A DNA stretch of 64,000 bases from Candidatus Magasanikiibacteriota bacterium (GTDB lineage Bacteria; Patescibacteriota; Patescibacteriia; Magasanikbacterales; UBA922). The DNA lies in assembly GCA_003510435.1 (NCBI GenBank), contig DOMK01000001.1:26604-90603 (forward strand), written 5' to 3'. Below are positions 1 to 9,012 of this stretch, piece by piece; positions within the stretch are counted from its first letter, which is position 1, and each line of letters opens with the position of its first letter. Position numbers and translations under genes: made by a program. Under the pieces are notes generated by a model. The model did not search any database. It saw nothing but the letters and a program-made list of their open reading frames with translations, and was not told the origin of the DNA.

Positions 1-972
1 GATATCCAAGTTACCCAAGAAAAACTTGATTCATTGCAATTGGAAATTGAAACTTTGCAATTATCAATCGAGGATAAAGAAAAGGTGATGAATAAACAAA
101 AATTAATTTTAGCCGAGTTAATCCAAGATATTCATTATAATGACAATAAAAATTATTTAGAAATTGCTGCTAGTTATGATAATTTTTCTGATTTTTATAA
201 TCAATTGCAATATGTCCAAACTATAGATCAAGAATTGGGTAAGAGTGTCAAGACTCTACGTGGAATTAAAGAAGAATTGCAAGATAAAAAAACTCAAACT
301 GAAGAGCGTAAAAAATCTTATGATGATTTGAAAAAAGAATTGGAAGGTAAAAAAGCTGATTATAAAGATCAAGTTAATTATAAAGCCACCTTATTGACCC
401 AAACTCAATCATCTGAAGCTAAATATCAGACATTACTCGCTAGTTTAAAAGCTCAATATCAACAAATAGAAAATGAGGTTTCCTCTATCGAACAGGAAGT
501 GAGAAGAAAATTAGAAGCTGCTAATAAATTGGATAATATTCCAGGTGATTCAACTCAATTATCTTGGCCAACACAGAGTCGGTATTTGACAGCTCGTTTT
601 CATGATCCAGATTATCCCTATCGTCATGTTTTTGAACACACAGGAATTGATATTAGAGCCGGACACGGGACAGCTCTAAAAGCGGTGGCTTCTGGTTATG
701 TAGCGCGCGCTAAACATTGTTCACTCTCAAGTTGTTATAGTTATGTTATGTTGGTCCACTCTAGTGGAATTGCCACTGTTTATGGCCACATGAGTGGTAT
801 TACAGTCTCAGAAGATCAATTTGTGACAAGAGGTGATGTAATTGGCTATTCTGGTGGTACACCTGGTACGGTTGGAGCTGGTCCGTTTGTCACTGGTCCA
901 CATCTTCATTTTGAAGTAAGAAAAGATGGTATCCCTGTTAATCCGTTGAATTATTTGGTTCAAGATTGGTAG
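1..972 (+). CDS. M23 family metallopeptidase (LytM-like) with long N-terminal coiled-coil; 5' end runs off the window
   Basis: Reading frame open from position 1 (the Met at 34 is internal). Charged coiled-coil N-terminal half, then an M23 peptidase-like C-terminal region (GIDIRAGHGTALKAVASGYV ... GPHLHFEVRKDG). Confidence 0.75.
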   Translation, partial: DIQVTQEKLDSLQLEIETLQLSIEDKEKVMNKQKLILAELIQDIHYNDNKNYLEIAASYDNFSDFYNQLQYVQTIDQELGKSVKTLRGIKEELQDKKTQTEERKKSYDDLKKELEGKKADYKDQVNYKATLLTQTQSSEAKYQTLLASLKAQYQQIENEVSSIEQEVRRKLEAANKLDNIPGDSTQLSWPTQSRYLTARFHDPDYPYRHVFEHTGIDIRAGHGTALKAVASGYVARAKHCSLSSCYSYVMLVHSSGIATVYGHMSGITVSEDQFVTRGDVIGYSGGTPGTVGAGPFVTGPHLHFEVRKDGIPVNPLNYLVQDW

Positions 973-1020
973 AAAAACACGAGACATAAAACACATATCA
1001 CATAACACGAGACAATTTAT

Positions 1021-1389
1021 ATGGCGAAAAATGACTACCATCAAAAATTGAGAGGATTGATTGTGGAGTACATCGTTTTAGGTTATAAGTCTTTGAAAAA
1101 ATTTCCTGATGACGAAAAGTATGGAATGATTTCACAATGTAAAAGAGCTCTGGTTTCAATCCTTTTAAATTATTTAGAAGGATTTGCTAGAACAAAGAAA
1201 AAAGTAATGGTAAATTTTTATGAAATTTCCTATGGCTCATTACAAGAAACTATAGGAATTTTTTATTTAGCAATATTTTTAGAATTTATTTCAAAAGAAG
1301 AATATAAAAAGTTGTTCGATATAAAAGAGGAAATAGCTAGAATGTTGTGGTCAACAACAAAAGGTGTAAAACAGGAAGATAGAGAATAA
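1021..1389 (+). CDS. four-helix-bundle protein (23S rRNA intervening-sequence protein family)
   Basis: 122 aa; helical; the LVSILLNYLEGFAR ... SYGSLQETIGIFYLA pattern is typical of the IVS-encoded four-helix-bundle family. Flanked by inverted repeats (see repeat feature and finding). Confidence 0.65.
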   Translation: MAKNDYHQKLRGLIVEYIVLGYKSLKKFPDDEKYGMISQCKRALVSILLNYLEGFARTKKKVMVNFYEISYGSLQETIGIFYLAIFLEFISKEEYKKLFDIKEEIARMLWSTTKGVKQEDRE

Positions 1390-1394
1390 AAACC

Positions 1395-1454
1395 ATTTGC
1401 CTTGTGTTGTGTGGTTTGTGGATTGTGTTATGTGATGTGTCGCACAATATTTTA
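1395..1454. repeat. inverted-repeat arm (TGTGTTATGTGATGTGTCG) complementary to ACACATATCACATAACACG at ~995-1020; the two arms bracket the four-helix-bundle ORF
   Basis: Read directly: the upstream arm cacatatcacataacacg is the reverse complement of the downstream arm tgtgttatgtgatgtg(tcg). Confidence 0.5.
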
Positions 1455-1503
1455 GTAGGGGAGAGGGAGCATGAAGAAGAGTAGGGGTGTTATTATAAAT
1501 TTA

Positions 1504-1540
1504 AAAAAGAGTTGGTTTCGTGCCAAACTCTTTTATTTTT
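1504..1540 (+). terminator. rho-independent terminator (AGAGTTGG-loop-CCAAACTCT + T-run)
   Basis: aaaaagagttggtttcgtgccaaactcttttattttt: perfect 9-bp stem followed by a T-tract, downstream of the plus-strand genes. Confidence 0.6.
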
Positions 1541-1805
1541 AAATTATTTTGAATTACTAATTACTAATTCACCTAATTTCTAATAAAAATTAAAATAAAA
1601 TTTTTAAATTAGTATTTTCTACATGCTGGAACGGTGAGAGTGTGATAAATGTATTAAATAGCATTAGTTATAAGCTTTTTTGGCTTAACTTAGTGATATG
1701 TTCATACCTGGGTTCTGAAAAGCCCTAGTATGTAGTGTCGTATAAGATATATTGTGCGACGCCAGTACTATCTTGAGCTAAGGAGAAAAAGCTATTCTCC
1801 CCTGC

Positions 1806-2822
1806 CTATTGCCAATAAACTTTTCCCAAATAACGAAGATCAATATATTGTAAATTATTTCTTTTTACTTTATTTTTTAAAGTAAATTGTAGTTCTTCAA
1901 ATTGTTTATCAATTTCTTTATCAAGTTTCACTTTTATGTTCCAACCCTCTCTGGTTTTGATTACCCCGTCGCCTAGGTCATTTTCTAGGACTACATAGCC
2001 AAATGGTATGTCAGTTTTCTTGGTTAATAAATTGAACCAATTTATAATCCCAGCCACATTAACTTCATCCAAAACCCGGTCATTCAAATTTGTATCTTTA
2101 TTTCTAATATCATAAACAATTGGATAGTCTCCCATTTCATTCACTATATTTCTAACTGATGGTATATGGGCTAATTTTATTATTTCAGTTTTTGTAATAG
2201 TTTCTCCAGTTTCATTGGTTGAAGTCGTTGTTTTGGTTTGTGTTTGCCATTCGTCATCCCCGACTTTGCGAAGAATTTCTACAATGTGGCCGTCAGTACC
2301 AATGTAACTGTAATTTTTTCCATTATCATATATTAGAGTGGAAATTTTTTCTTCAATATTAATATTTAAAACATTAGGAAAAGTCTTACTAATCACAATT
2401 GACTCAATAGGAAATTTTTCTTTTAAAATATCTCTAACCTCATCTAGGTCAACTATAAAATAATTTTGTCCAGGTAGAATAAATAATCGTTTGTAATTAA
2501 TTACACCTAGTGTGGCATTTTTTATTTCTGTTTCAGAAATTCTTTGCAAGCCTGTGATATTTATAGTTTTTATATAAAAGAAATGACTGAAGACACTAAT
2601 AATTATCATGGATAAAACAGCTATTCCCAAAATTGATAATTCAATAATCTTTTTCCAATCCTTCTCCCCTTGTTCTTGCCAAAATGGATTTCTTTTTCTT
2701 TTATGCCAGTCAAAGTCTCGATGAACAGTATTTTTTGATGAAGAAAAAATAAAATCAGAAGCGATCTTCAATCCCCGACCCCATTTGCGTTTGTGTTTGT
2801 GAATATTGAAATTATTGTACAC
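1806..2822 (-). CDS. ftsQ: cell-division protein FtsQ/DivIB-like (N-terminal TM + POTRA domain)
   Basis: Single TM (ILGIAVLSMIIISVF), then a POTRA-like block IKTINITGLQRISETEIKNA ... YFIVDLDEVRDILKEKFPIESIVISKTFPNVLNINIEEK. Confidence 0.55.
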   Translation of the reverse strand: MYNNFNIHKHKRKWGRGLKIASDFIFSSSKNTVHRDFDWHKRKRNPFWQEQGEKDWKKIIELSILGIAVLSMIIISVFSHFFYIKTINITGLQRISETEIKNATLGVINYKRLFILPGQNYFIVDLDEVRDILKEKFPIESIVISKTFPNVLNINIEEKISTLIYDNGKNYSYIGTDGHIVEILRKVGDDEWQTQTKTTTSTNETGETITKTEIIKLAHIPSVRNIVNEMGDYPIVYDIRNKDTNLNDRVLDEVNVAGIINWFNLLTKKTDIPFGYVVLENDLGDGVIKTREGWNIKVKLDKEIDKQFEELQFTLKNKVKRNNLQYIDLRYLGKVYWQ

Positions 2823-2833
2823 AAAAAAATATT

Positions 2834-3847
2834 TTATAATTCAGAATAAATTTTATTTATTTTTTCTATTATTGTTTTATCAACATCAAACCAGCCTTGT
2901 TTTAGACATTTAGCTTTGCATCTATAAGCTCTTTCGCCAGGTATAAGTATTTCTTGGTATTTTGCCATTTTTTTAGAATTTTTCAATTCTTTAATTAAGG
3001 CAGTATTTTCTCGTTTAAACTTATTAAGATTAACAAATTTACTTGGGTCAATGGCCAAATATAAAGCCCCACGGTATTTCCATTTTCCGTCTTTACTATT
3101 ATTTTTTAATCCAAAACCAGAATTTACTAGTGGCCCAGTTAAAATTTCAAATAATATTCCCAAAGCAAAGCCTTTGTAACCACCAAAAGGCAAAGCAGCA
3201 AAGGCATCATCTGGATTAAGGGTTACTTCCCCCTTTTTATTAATGAAAGCGTCGTTTGGTAATTTTTTATTTAGTAATTTTGCTAATTGTATTTCTCTAT
3301 AGGCTCTCACAGATGTGGCCATATCAGCTACAATTGGCAAGCCAGTCGTAGGGACAGCAAAACCAATAGGATCAGTACTAATAATTGGATCAATTCCTCC
3401 GTACGGAGCTACGAGTGGTCCTCCGCCATTGTGAAAAATAAGAGCGATTAAATCATGTTTAGCCAAAGCCTCAGCTTGACTACCCGGACGAAGAATTGCT
3501 CTGGTGTTGTAAGTGCCAACCATGGCAATGCCAAATTTTTTAGCTTTTTTTATTAAAATTTTTCTAGCCATTTCTGCCACCAATTGCCCAGCCTGTCCTT
3601 GGCCATCGATCAAAGTAAAAACTGCATCATCTTTTGTGATTTTAATTTTTTCGGTTTTAGAACTTTCTAATATTCTTTCGATATCATAAACTCCATTTAC
3701 AAAAGCGCTTAGGCCGTGGCTTTTTTTGTTTAGCAACTCCCCTTCTAGATAATCAGAAAAAATAATTTTAGTAGCTTTGCTTGATACGCCACTTTTTATT
3801 AAAATTTGTTCGCATTTTTTTCTAATTTCATTTATTTTTACCCGCAT
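2834..3847 (-). CDS. Ldh_2 family (malate/L-lactate/sulfolactate dehydrogenase-like) oxidoreductase
   Basis: 337 aa; GQGQAGQLVAEMA ... ILRPGSQAEA ... HNGGGPLVAPYGGIDPIISTDPIGFAVP ... GGYKGFALGILFEIL matches the Ldh_2 architecture. Confidence 0.6.
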   Translation of the reverse strand: MRVKINEIRKKCEQILIKSGVSSKATKIIFSDYLEGELLNKKSHGLSAFVNGVYDIERILESSKTEKIKITKDDAVFTLIDGQGQAGQLVAEMARKILIKKAKKFGIAMVGTYNTRAILRPGSQAEALAKHDLIALIFHNGGGPLVAPYGGIDPIISTDPIGFAVPTTGLPIVADMATSVRAYREIQLAKLLNKKLPNDAFINKKGEVTLNPDDAFAALPFGGYKGFALGILFEILTGPLVNSGFGLKNNSKDGKWKYRGALYLAIDPSKFVNLNKFKRENTALIKELKNSKKMAKYQEILIPGERAYRCKAKCLKQGWFDVDKTIIEKINKIYSEL

Positions 3848-3865
3848 ATTTTTAAAGTTTTTATG

Positions 3866-4297
3866 TTAAGTAATTTTACTTAAATCACCATAAACAACTA
3901 TTGGTTTTACAGCTTTAATTTCTGATTCACAATATGGTATATCTGGTATTGGATTTAGCATAAAAATTTTTTGGTTTAAAACATGAGCAAATCCTATCTC
4001 CATTAAAGTGTTGGCGCCAACATAATTTTTAATCCCGTTTTTATCTAAGTTTAAAACCAATACAGCATCAGCTCCTTGCATCATGTTCCAAAATTCACGA
4101 ATTGCATCAAGATTGTATTTTTGATAGAGTTTAATTTCTTCTATTTCCTCAGCTGATTTGTTGATCATTGTTTTGTGAAAATTTGTTAAAAAAGCTTCAT
4201 GACCTAGTTCAGAAAGTTTATCACGATACTCTACCATTTTATCAGTAAATTGCATGGAGCCTATTATCCCTATTTTCATATCAAATATAATTATCAA
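3866..4297 (-). CDS. nucleoside 2-deoxyribosyltransferase-like small protein
   Basis: 143 aa; the IGIIGS ... GANTLMEIGFAHVLNQKIFML pattern resembles the Rossmann-like deoxyribosyltransferase fold. Weak call. Confidence 0.4.
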   Translation of the reverse strand: MIIIFDMKIGIIGSMQFTDKMVEYRDKLSELGHEAFLTNFHKTMINKSAEEIEEIKLYQKYNLDAIREFWNMMQGADAVLVLNLDKNGIKNYVGANTLMEIGFAHVLNQKIFMLNPIPDIPYCESEIKAVKPIVVYGDLSKIT

Positions 4298-5343
4298 AAT
4301 CCTCTCTTAATTTTTCTAAATGATTCAACTAACCAATTTACCCAATACTTTTTTGTAATTGGTAAATCTTGACAATGCAATAAATCTTTTTGATAACCAC
4401 CAAAGCCCTTTTTAAAATGAGTAATACCAGCAAATGGATGATTTTTTGGTGAGTTTTCTGGGGCAATTCCCCAAAAATTATAATATTTTATATTTCTTTT
4501 CCTGGCTTCTTTAATTGCTTCCCATTGCAATAAATATGAGCTTGGTAAGCGTTTATCAAGCCCCAGCGAAGCTCCATGGCGATAAGCCGCCATATTGCCG
4601 TAAAACATGACTATAGCAGAAGAATCTAATCTACCATCTGGTAAGTAAGCATTAAGAACTAAAGCTTCATTGTTTGATGAAAAAACAGAAAATTCATTGG
4701 TAATATATTTTTTGGAAAAACGATGAAAATTATGACGCTTTGCTGTCTCGTCATGAAGTTTATTAAAATTTTCCAGGTCAACCACTTGGTTTTTAATTTC
4801 AATGGTTACATTTTCTTTTTCACAGCGGTGAATTAGATTGCGGTGATTTTTGTTCATGTCAGCTAAGAGTTGATCTTCAGTCTTGTCTAATTCCAAAAGC
4901 CAAGTAGTTTCGGCCAAGACGTGCATTGGGGCTGGTCTAAAGCCTAATTTTTTAAATAGATTTTTATTATCCTCTGTCTCATCTAAAAATGGACTGATTC
5001 TAATAAAATCATATTTATTTTTTTGCGCAAAAGTTTTTAAATAATTAACAAAAATATCTAAAAATTTGTTTATCTCCCCAACTGGGCCATAAGGTAGATA
5101 AAGAAAATTACCTCTTTTGGCATGGGTACTAATAACTAATGAGCCACCAATTAATTTATTATCTTCATAAACACCAAAAATCCAGGATTGTTCAGACATT
5201 GATTCATAAAATTTTCCATAATGAAAAGATTGAACAAATAATGCCATGCCCCGCACCGAGTTTTGCTCTGGTGTTGGGGTATTCACTTGTGATAAAACAA
5301 AATTTTCCCAGTCACTTTTATTCTCAATGATCTTGACTTCCAT
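4294..5343 (-). CDS. FemAB-family peptidoglycan interpeptide aminoacyltransferase-like protein
   Basis: 349 aa; duplicated GNAT-like halves (GSLVISTHAKRGNFLYLPYGPV ... NAYLPDGRLDSSAIVMFYGNMAAYRHGASL), typical of FemXAB/lipid II aminoacyltransferases. Confidence 0.6.
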   Translation of the reverse strand: MEVKIIENKSDWENFVLSQVNTPTPEQNSVRGMALFVQSFHYGKFYESMSEQSWIFGVYEDNKLIGGSLVISTHAKRGNFLYLPYGPVGEINKFLDIFVNYLKTFAQKNKYDFIRISPFLDETEDNKNLFKKLGFRPAPMHVLAETTWLLELDKTEDQLLADMNKNHRNLIHRCEKENVTIEIKNQVVDLENFNKLHDETAKRHNFHRFSKKYITNEFSVFSSNNEALVLNAYLPDGRLDSSAIVMFYGNMAAYRHGASLGLDKRLPSSYLLQWEAIKEARKRNIKYYNFWGIAPENSPKNHPFAGITHFKKGFGGYQKDLLHCQDLPITKKYWVNWLVESFRKIKRGF

Positions 5344-5346
5344 AGT

Positions 5347-6585
5347 TTAGTATTGGTTTACTAAATTAATTATTCTTTCCGCATCTGTATTTGTAATATT
5401 TTTATCTGTGGGTAGATTGATAGACATAGCGGAAAGTTGTTCAGCTTTTGGACAATCCCCTGCTTTGTAGCCAGATTTGGTAATGTTAATATCAGCCGGC
5501 GCAATAGGACAAGAATACCAATCGCCCAAAATTATATTTTGATTTTTAGCTAACCTTCTCAATTTATGGGGATTTTCGACTAAAATTGTATAACGCAGCC
5601 AAACAGATTCATTAGTCCAGTCTGGTTTAGTAATTTTTGGATTATTAATTTTATCATTGTAAAGTTTGGCAATCTGTTGTCTGTGATTATTAAATTCAGA
5701 AATTTTTTCAGTTTGATTTAATAAAATTTTAGCCAGAGCATTAGGTAAGAGTGAAGGATAAAATAAAACTTGTTTGCCAATTTTTTCTTGCTTATAAATT
5801 ATCTTATTTGTCAGATTTAGTTTTTTTGCTATAGCCAATATCCACTTCCCTACTCCAATACTATACAATTTTTTACCAATAAAAAATATTGGATAATGGC
5901 ATAGATGTTGTTTTATTTTTAATAATCTAGAGTGTGGTAATCGTGTTTGATATTCTTTTATTTTACTAGCAGTTTTATCATCATTTGTAATCAATCCCCC
6001 GCCTCGGACACATGAAATGATTTTGTCGCTCCCAAAACTAAAAATTCCTATATCTCCAAAAGTGCCAAGTAATTTATTATTAAATTTTCCACCAAGAGAA
6101 TGGGCACAATCCTCAATAATTTTTAGATTATTTTCTTTGGCAATATTTAATAACTTTTCTAGATTGGCCGGTTTTCCAAAAGTGTGTTGAATAATTAAAA
6201 CTTTTGCCTTGTTAGTAATTTTTTTTTGCAAATCATTTGCATCCATATTGAAATCACTATCTATGTCTACATAAATTGGTTTAGCCCCTGTCCAAACAAC
6301 CGCATTACTTACTACCATACAAGTGTAGGCTTGAACTAAGACTTCATCATCTGGTTTTATATTTAATGATTTTAAAGCGTAAAATAAAGCTGTCCGACCA
6401 CTATCAAAAGCAAAAGCATATTTAGTAGAAAAATAATTTTTTAGCCAAGTTTCTATTTTTTCCGCACTGTCCCCTTTTTTCCAACTCCAGGGTTTAAACA
6501 AAAGACCGCAAGCGGTTTTTACATCTTGGTTGGTTAGATTGGGCGCAAAGCCAGTAAAAATAAATTTTTTAAATATGGAACTCAC
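5347..6585 (-). CDS. DegT/DnrJ/EryC1/StrS-family PLP-dependent sugar aminotransferase
   Basis: AFDSGRTALFYALKSL ... VLVQAYTCMVVSNAV ... IIEDCAHSLGGKF ... FSFGSDKIIS (PLP-binding lysine motif). Confidence 0.75.
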   Translation of the reverse strand: MSSIFKKFIFTGFAPNLTNQDVKTACGLLFKPWSWKKGDSAEKIETWLKNYFSTKYAFAFDSGRTALFYALKSLNIKPDDEVLVQAYTCMVVSNAVVWTGAKPIYVDIDSDFNMDANDLQKKITNKAKVLIIQHTFGKPANLEKLLNIAKENNLKIIEDCAHSLGGKFNNKLLGTFGDIGIFSFGSDKIISCVRGGGLITNDDKTASKIKEYQTRLPHSRLLKIKQHLCHYPIFFIGKKLYSIGVGKWILAIAKKLNLTNKIIYKQEKIGKQVLFYPSLLPNALAKILLNQTEKISEFNNHRQQIAKLYNDKINNPKITKPDWTNESVWLRYTILVENPHKLRRLAKNQNIILGDWYSCPIAPADINITKSGYKAGDCPKAEQLSAMSINLPTDKNITNTDAERIINLVNQY

Positions 6586-6590
6586 AAAAT

Positions 6591-8198
6591 TTAGATTAAT
6601 TTGGAATTATCCCTAATTTCTTTCATAACTAATTCTGGAATGCGGTTTTCTAATAAAACTACTGAACCACTATTTTTAATATTTTTTATATAAGTTAGTA
6701 ATTTTACCGGTTCAAAAATTTCTTTAATTTCTAAACGATATTTTTGACTTAGAGACCCTTCAGTGAGAGGTTTGACAAAATCAGGCGTAATTATAACTAG
6801 CTCATCGGTACTATAAGAGATTTCTCCGCCAATTTTTTCGTGGATTTCATTACTTTTTTCTCCCAATTCTAACATGCCTCGAGTAATTACAATTCTCTTA
6901 CGTTCATTTTCAAAATTAGTAATATAATCTAAAGCCGCTTTAAAACCTTCGGGATTGGAATTATAGCTGTCATCAATAATATCACAATTGCCATATTTGA
7001 AAATATGAATAGTTTGCGGTAGATTTTTTATAACACCTTTAATCTCTTCCTCTGTCATTCCTAAATAACGAGCTACTAATGTGCATGGTAGAACATTCAT
7101 GGTATTGTGACTACCACGTAAGTTTGAGTCTATTTGAATTTCTACATTTTGACAAATCACGACGACTTTACCACCTTCAGTATTTTTTTCTATACTCTTT
7201 ACCAAGATAGTTGGTTTATGTTCTTCTTCTGTACCAAAGGTCATTACTTGACAATTTAATTCATTTAAAAATTCCCGACAATATGAATTGTCGCTATTAG
7301 TAATAGCTAAGCCATCTTTTGGTAGAGACCTGAATAATTCATATTTGGCCTTTTGGGTTTTTTTAATATTACCAAATAGCGCTATGTGCTGTTCATTGAT
7401 GGCAGTCAAGATACCAATTTTTGGTTTTACCATATCGCAAATCAATTTTATTTCTCCTTCGGCATAAGCACCCATTTCTACTATAAAAATATCTGTATTA
7501 GAAAAATTAGTTTTTAAAATAAATTTGGCTATGCCAATTTCGGTATTAACATGTTTAGGCGTACTTATAACATTAAATTTACTTTTTAAAATATGATCCA
7601 AAAAGATTTTTACTGTCGTTTTGCCATAACTGCCAGTAATACCGATTATTTTTAAATTTTTATATTGGCTAATTTTTTTTCTAGCGCGATTAATTAATAT
7701 TTTTTTTATTAAATCAGTCATTAGATTAAAAGCATAAACTATTAAACCTAAAATAAAAATTCTTGTCATCATTAATATTAATAAAGCATCCCAATCGTGT
7801 GATTTAAATAATAAACTTACTTCTAGTAAGATTGGGATTGAGATTAATAATAAAGATTTTAGAGTAATAGCTGGCTTAATAAATTTTTTTCTTTTAAATA
7901 TTTTATGTATATCATGGATGAAATTAATAGCCAAGATAGCCAAGATAACTATTTTTTGGATCTCAATGTTCAAAGGTAGAAATAAGGCGACCATTATTAA
8001 AAAGGCCCGATGGACAATGTTAAATTGAAAAGTAAAATGTTTACCTTGCTCAGTACTCAAAAAATCACGAAATCTATCCCAGCGATATTCTTTAAGTTGG
8101 AAAAAATACACAAAATAGCTATAATCCGAGATAGCTGAAAAAATCCAGAGAATAAAAATTATAGTATTAATATCAGAAAACATATTATTAATTAACAA
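6591..8198 (-). CDS. murF: UDP-MurNAc-tripeptide--D-Ala-D-Ala ligase (MurF) with ~170-aa N-terminal polytopic membrane extension
   Basis: Mur ligase P-loop IIGITGSYGKTTVK and ATP-grasp-like body (FIVEMGAYAEGEI ... ILTAINEQHIALFG). N-terminal 170 aa are hydrophobic helices. Confidence 0.75.
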   Translation of the reverse strand: MLINNMFSDINTIIFILWIFSAISDYSYFVYFFQLKEYRWDRFRDFLSTEQGKHFTFQFNIVHRAFLIMVALFLPLNIEIQKIVILAILAINFIHDIHKIFKRKKFIKPAITLKSLLLISIPILLEVSLLFKSHDWDALLILMMTRIFILGLIVYAFNLMTDLIKKILINRARKKISQYKNLKIIGITGSYGKTTVKIFLDHILKSKFNVISTPKHVNTEIGIAKFILKTNFSNTDIFIVEMGAYAEGEIKLICDMVKPKIGILTAINEQHIALFGNIKKTQKAKYELFRSLPKDGLAITNSDNSYCREFLNELNCQVMTFGTEEEHKPTILVKSIEKNTEGGKVVVICQNVEIQIDSNLRGSHNTMNVLPCTLVARYLGMTEEEIKGVIKNLPQTIHIFKYGNCDIIDDSYNSNPEGFKAALDYITNFENERKRIVITRGMLELGEKSNEIHEKIGGEISYSTDELVIITPDFVKPLTEGSLSQKYRLEIKEIFEPVKLLTYIKNIKNSGSVVLLENRIPELVMKEIRDNSKLI

Positions 8199-9012
8199 AA
8201 TTTTTAATTATTTCTAATAATTTTTCTTTTGTCTGTAAGTGTAGTCCGTGTCTAGCATTTTTAATTATTTCTAATTTTGAATTCTTGATTAGTTTGTTCA
8301 ATTTATAAGCATCAGACACTGGCAAATAACCATCCATGGTACCCCAGACAATTAAAGTCGGTACTGTAATTTTATTAGCCTCTTCTCCTCTATCTTGACG
8401 GATAATGTTTTTAAAAATTTCCCGTTTGATTCCAGATGTGTCGTGATAATCTTTGGCACCAATGGCTTTATGAAAAATATCTTCGGCCCAGAGAGAGCCT
8501 TTTTCTATCCACGGAATTTTAAAAATTAATTTACCAAATTTTGCGCCCGCGTTAAAAATTACACGTCTGAAAGTTTTCTTTGGTCGAAACACAGCCGGCG
8601 CAGTTAAAATTAATTTATCAATCATATCTGGATATTTACTAGCAAAAACTGTGGCGACTTGACCGCCGAAACTGTGACCGAGTAATACCACGTCATTCTG
8701 AGCGGAGCGGAGCGGAGTCGAAGAATCCCCTTGTTTGTACACAAAAAAATGGGATCCTTCGACTTCACTGCGGCTCACAAGCTCACCTTCGTTTCGCTCA
8801 GGATGAAGTAGTGATTCGATTTTATTTTTTACAAATTCAACATAATCCTCTACTCCCCAGACTTTATCTGGACATGGTTCATCACCAAAGCAAGGTAATT
8901 CAATAATTTGAATATCAAAATCATTACTGGCTAATTCAGCAAATTCGTTCCAAGTCGCTTTGTTTCCTCCCCAACCGGGAAGGATGATTAATTTTGATTT
9001 TAAATTATTCAT
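8188..9012 (-). CDS. alpha/beta-fold hydrolase carrying an in-frame palindromic-element insertion
   Basis: Nucleophile elbow LLGHSFGG. The 40-aa stretch LHPERNEGELVSRSEVEGSHFFVYKQGDSSTPLRSAQNDV is encoded by the repeat at 8692-8816. Confidence 0.65.
   Translation of the reverse strand: MNNLKSKLIILPGWGGNKATWNEFAELASNDFDIQIIELPCFGDEPCPDKVWGVEDYVEFVKNKIESLLHPERNEGELVSRSEVEGSHFFVYKQGDSSTPLRSAQNDVVLLGHSFGGQVATVFASKYPDMIDKLILTAPAVFRPKKTFRRVIFNAGAKFGKLIFKIPWIEKGSLWAEDIFHKAIGAKDYHDTSGIKREIFKNIIRQDRGEEANKITVPTLIVWGTMDGYLPVSDAYKLNKLIKNSKLEIIKNARHGLHLQTKEKLLEIIKNFVN
8692..8816. repeat. family-A palindromic element (GTCATYCTGAGCGGAGCGGAGCGGAGTCGAAG...CGCTCAGGATGA), inserted in frame
   Basis: Terminal inverted repeats gtcattctgagcg/cgctcaggatga and inner gtcgaagaatcccc/gggatccttcgac. 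Near-identical left half at 44340-44432. Confidence 0.7.

Noticed and set aside
1560-1800. Possible tRNA or other RNA gene in the long spacer
   Set aside because: No cloverleaf-compatible arms or GTTCRANYC T-loop found on either strand; only a terminator-like hairpin near 1770-1800.
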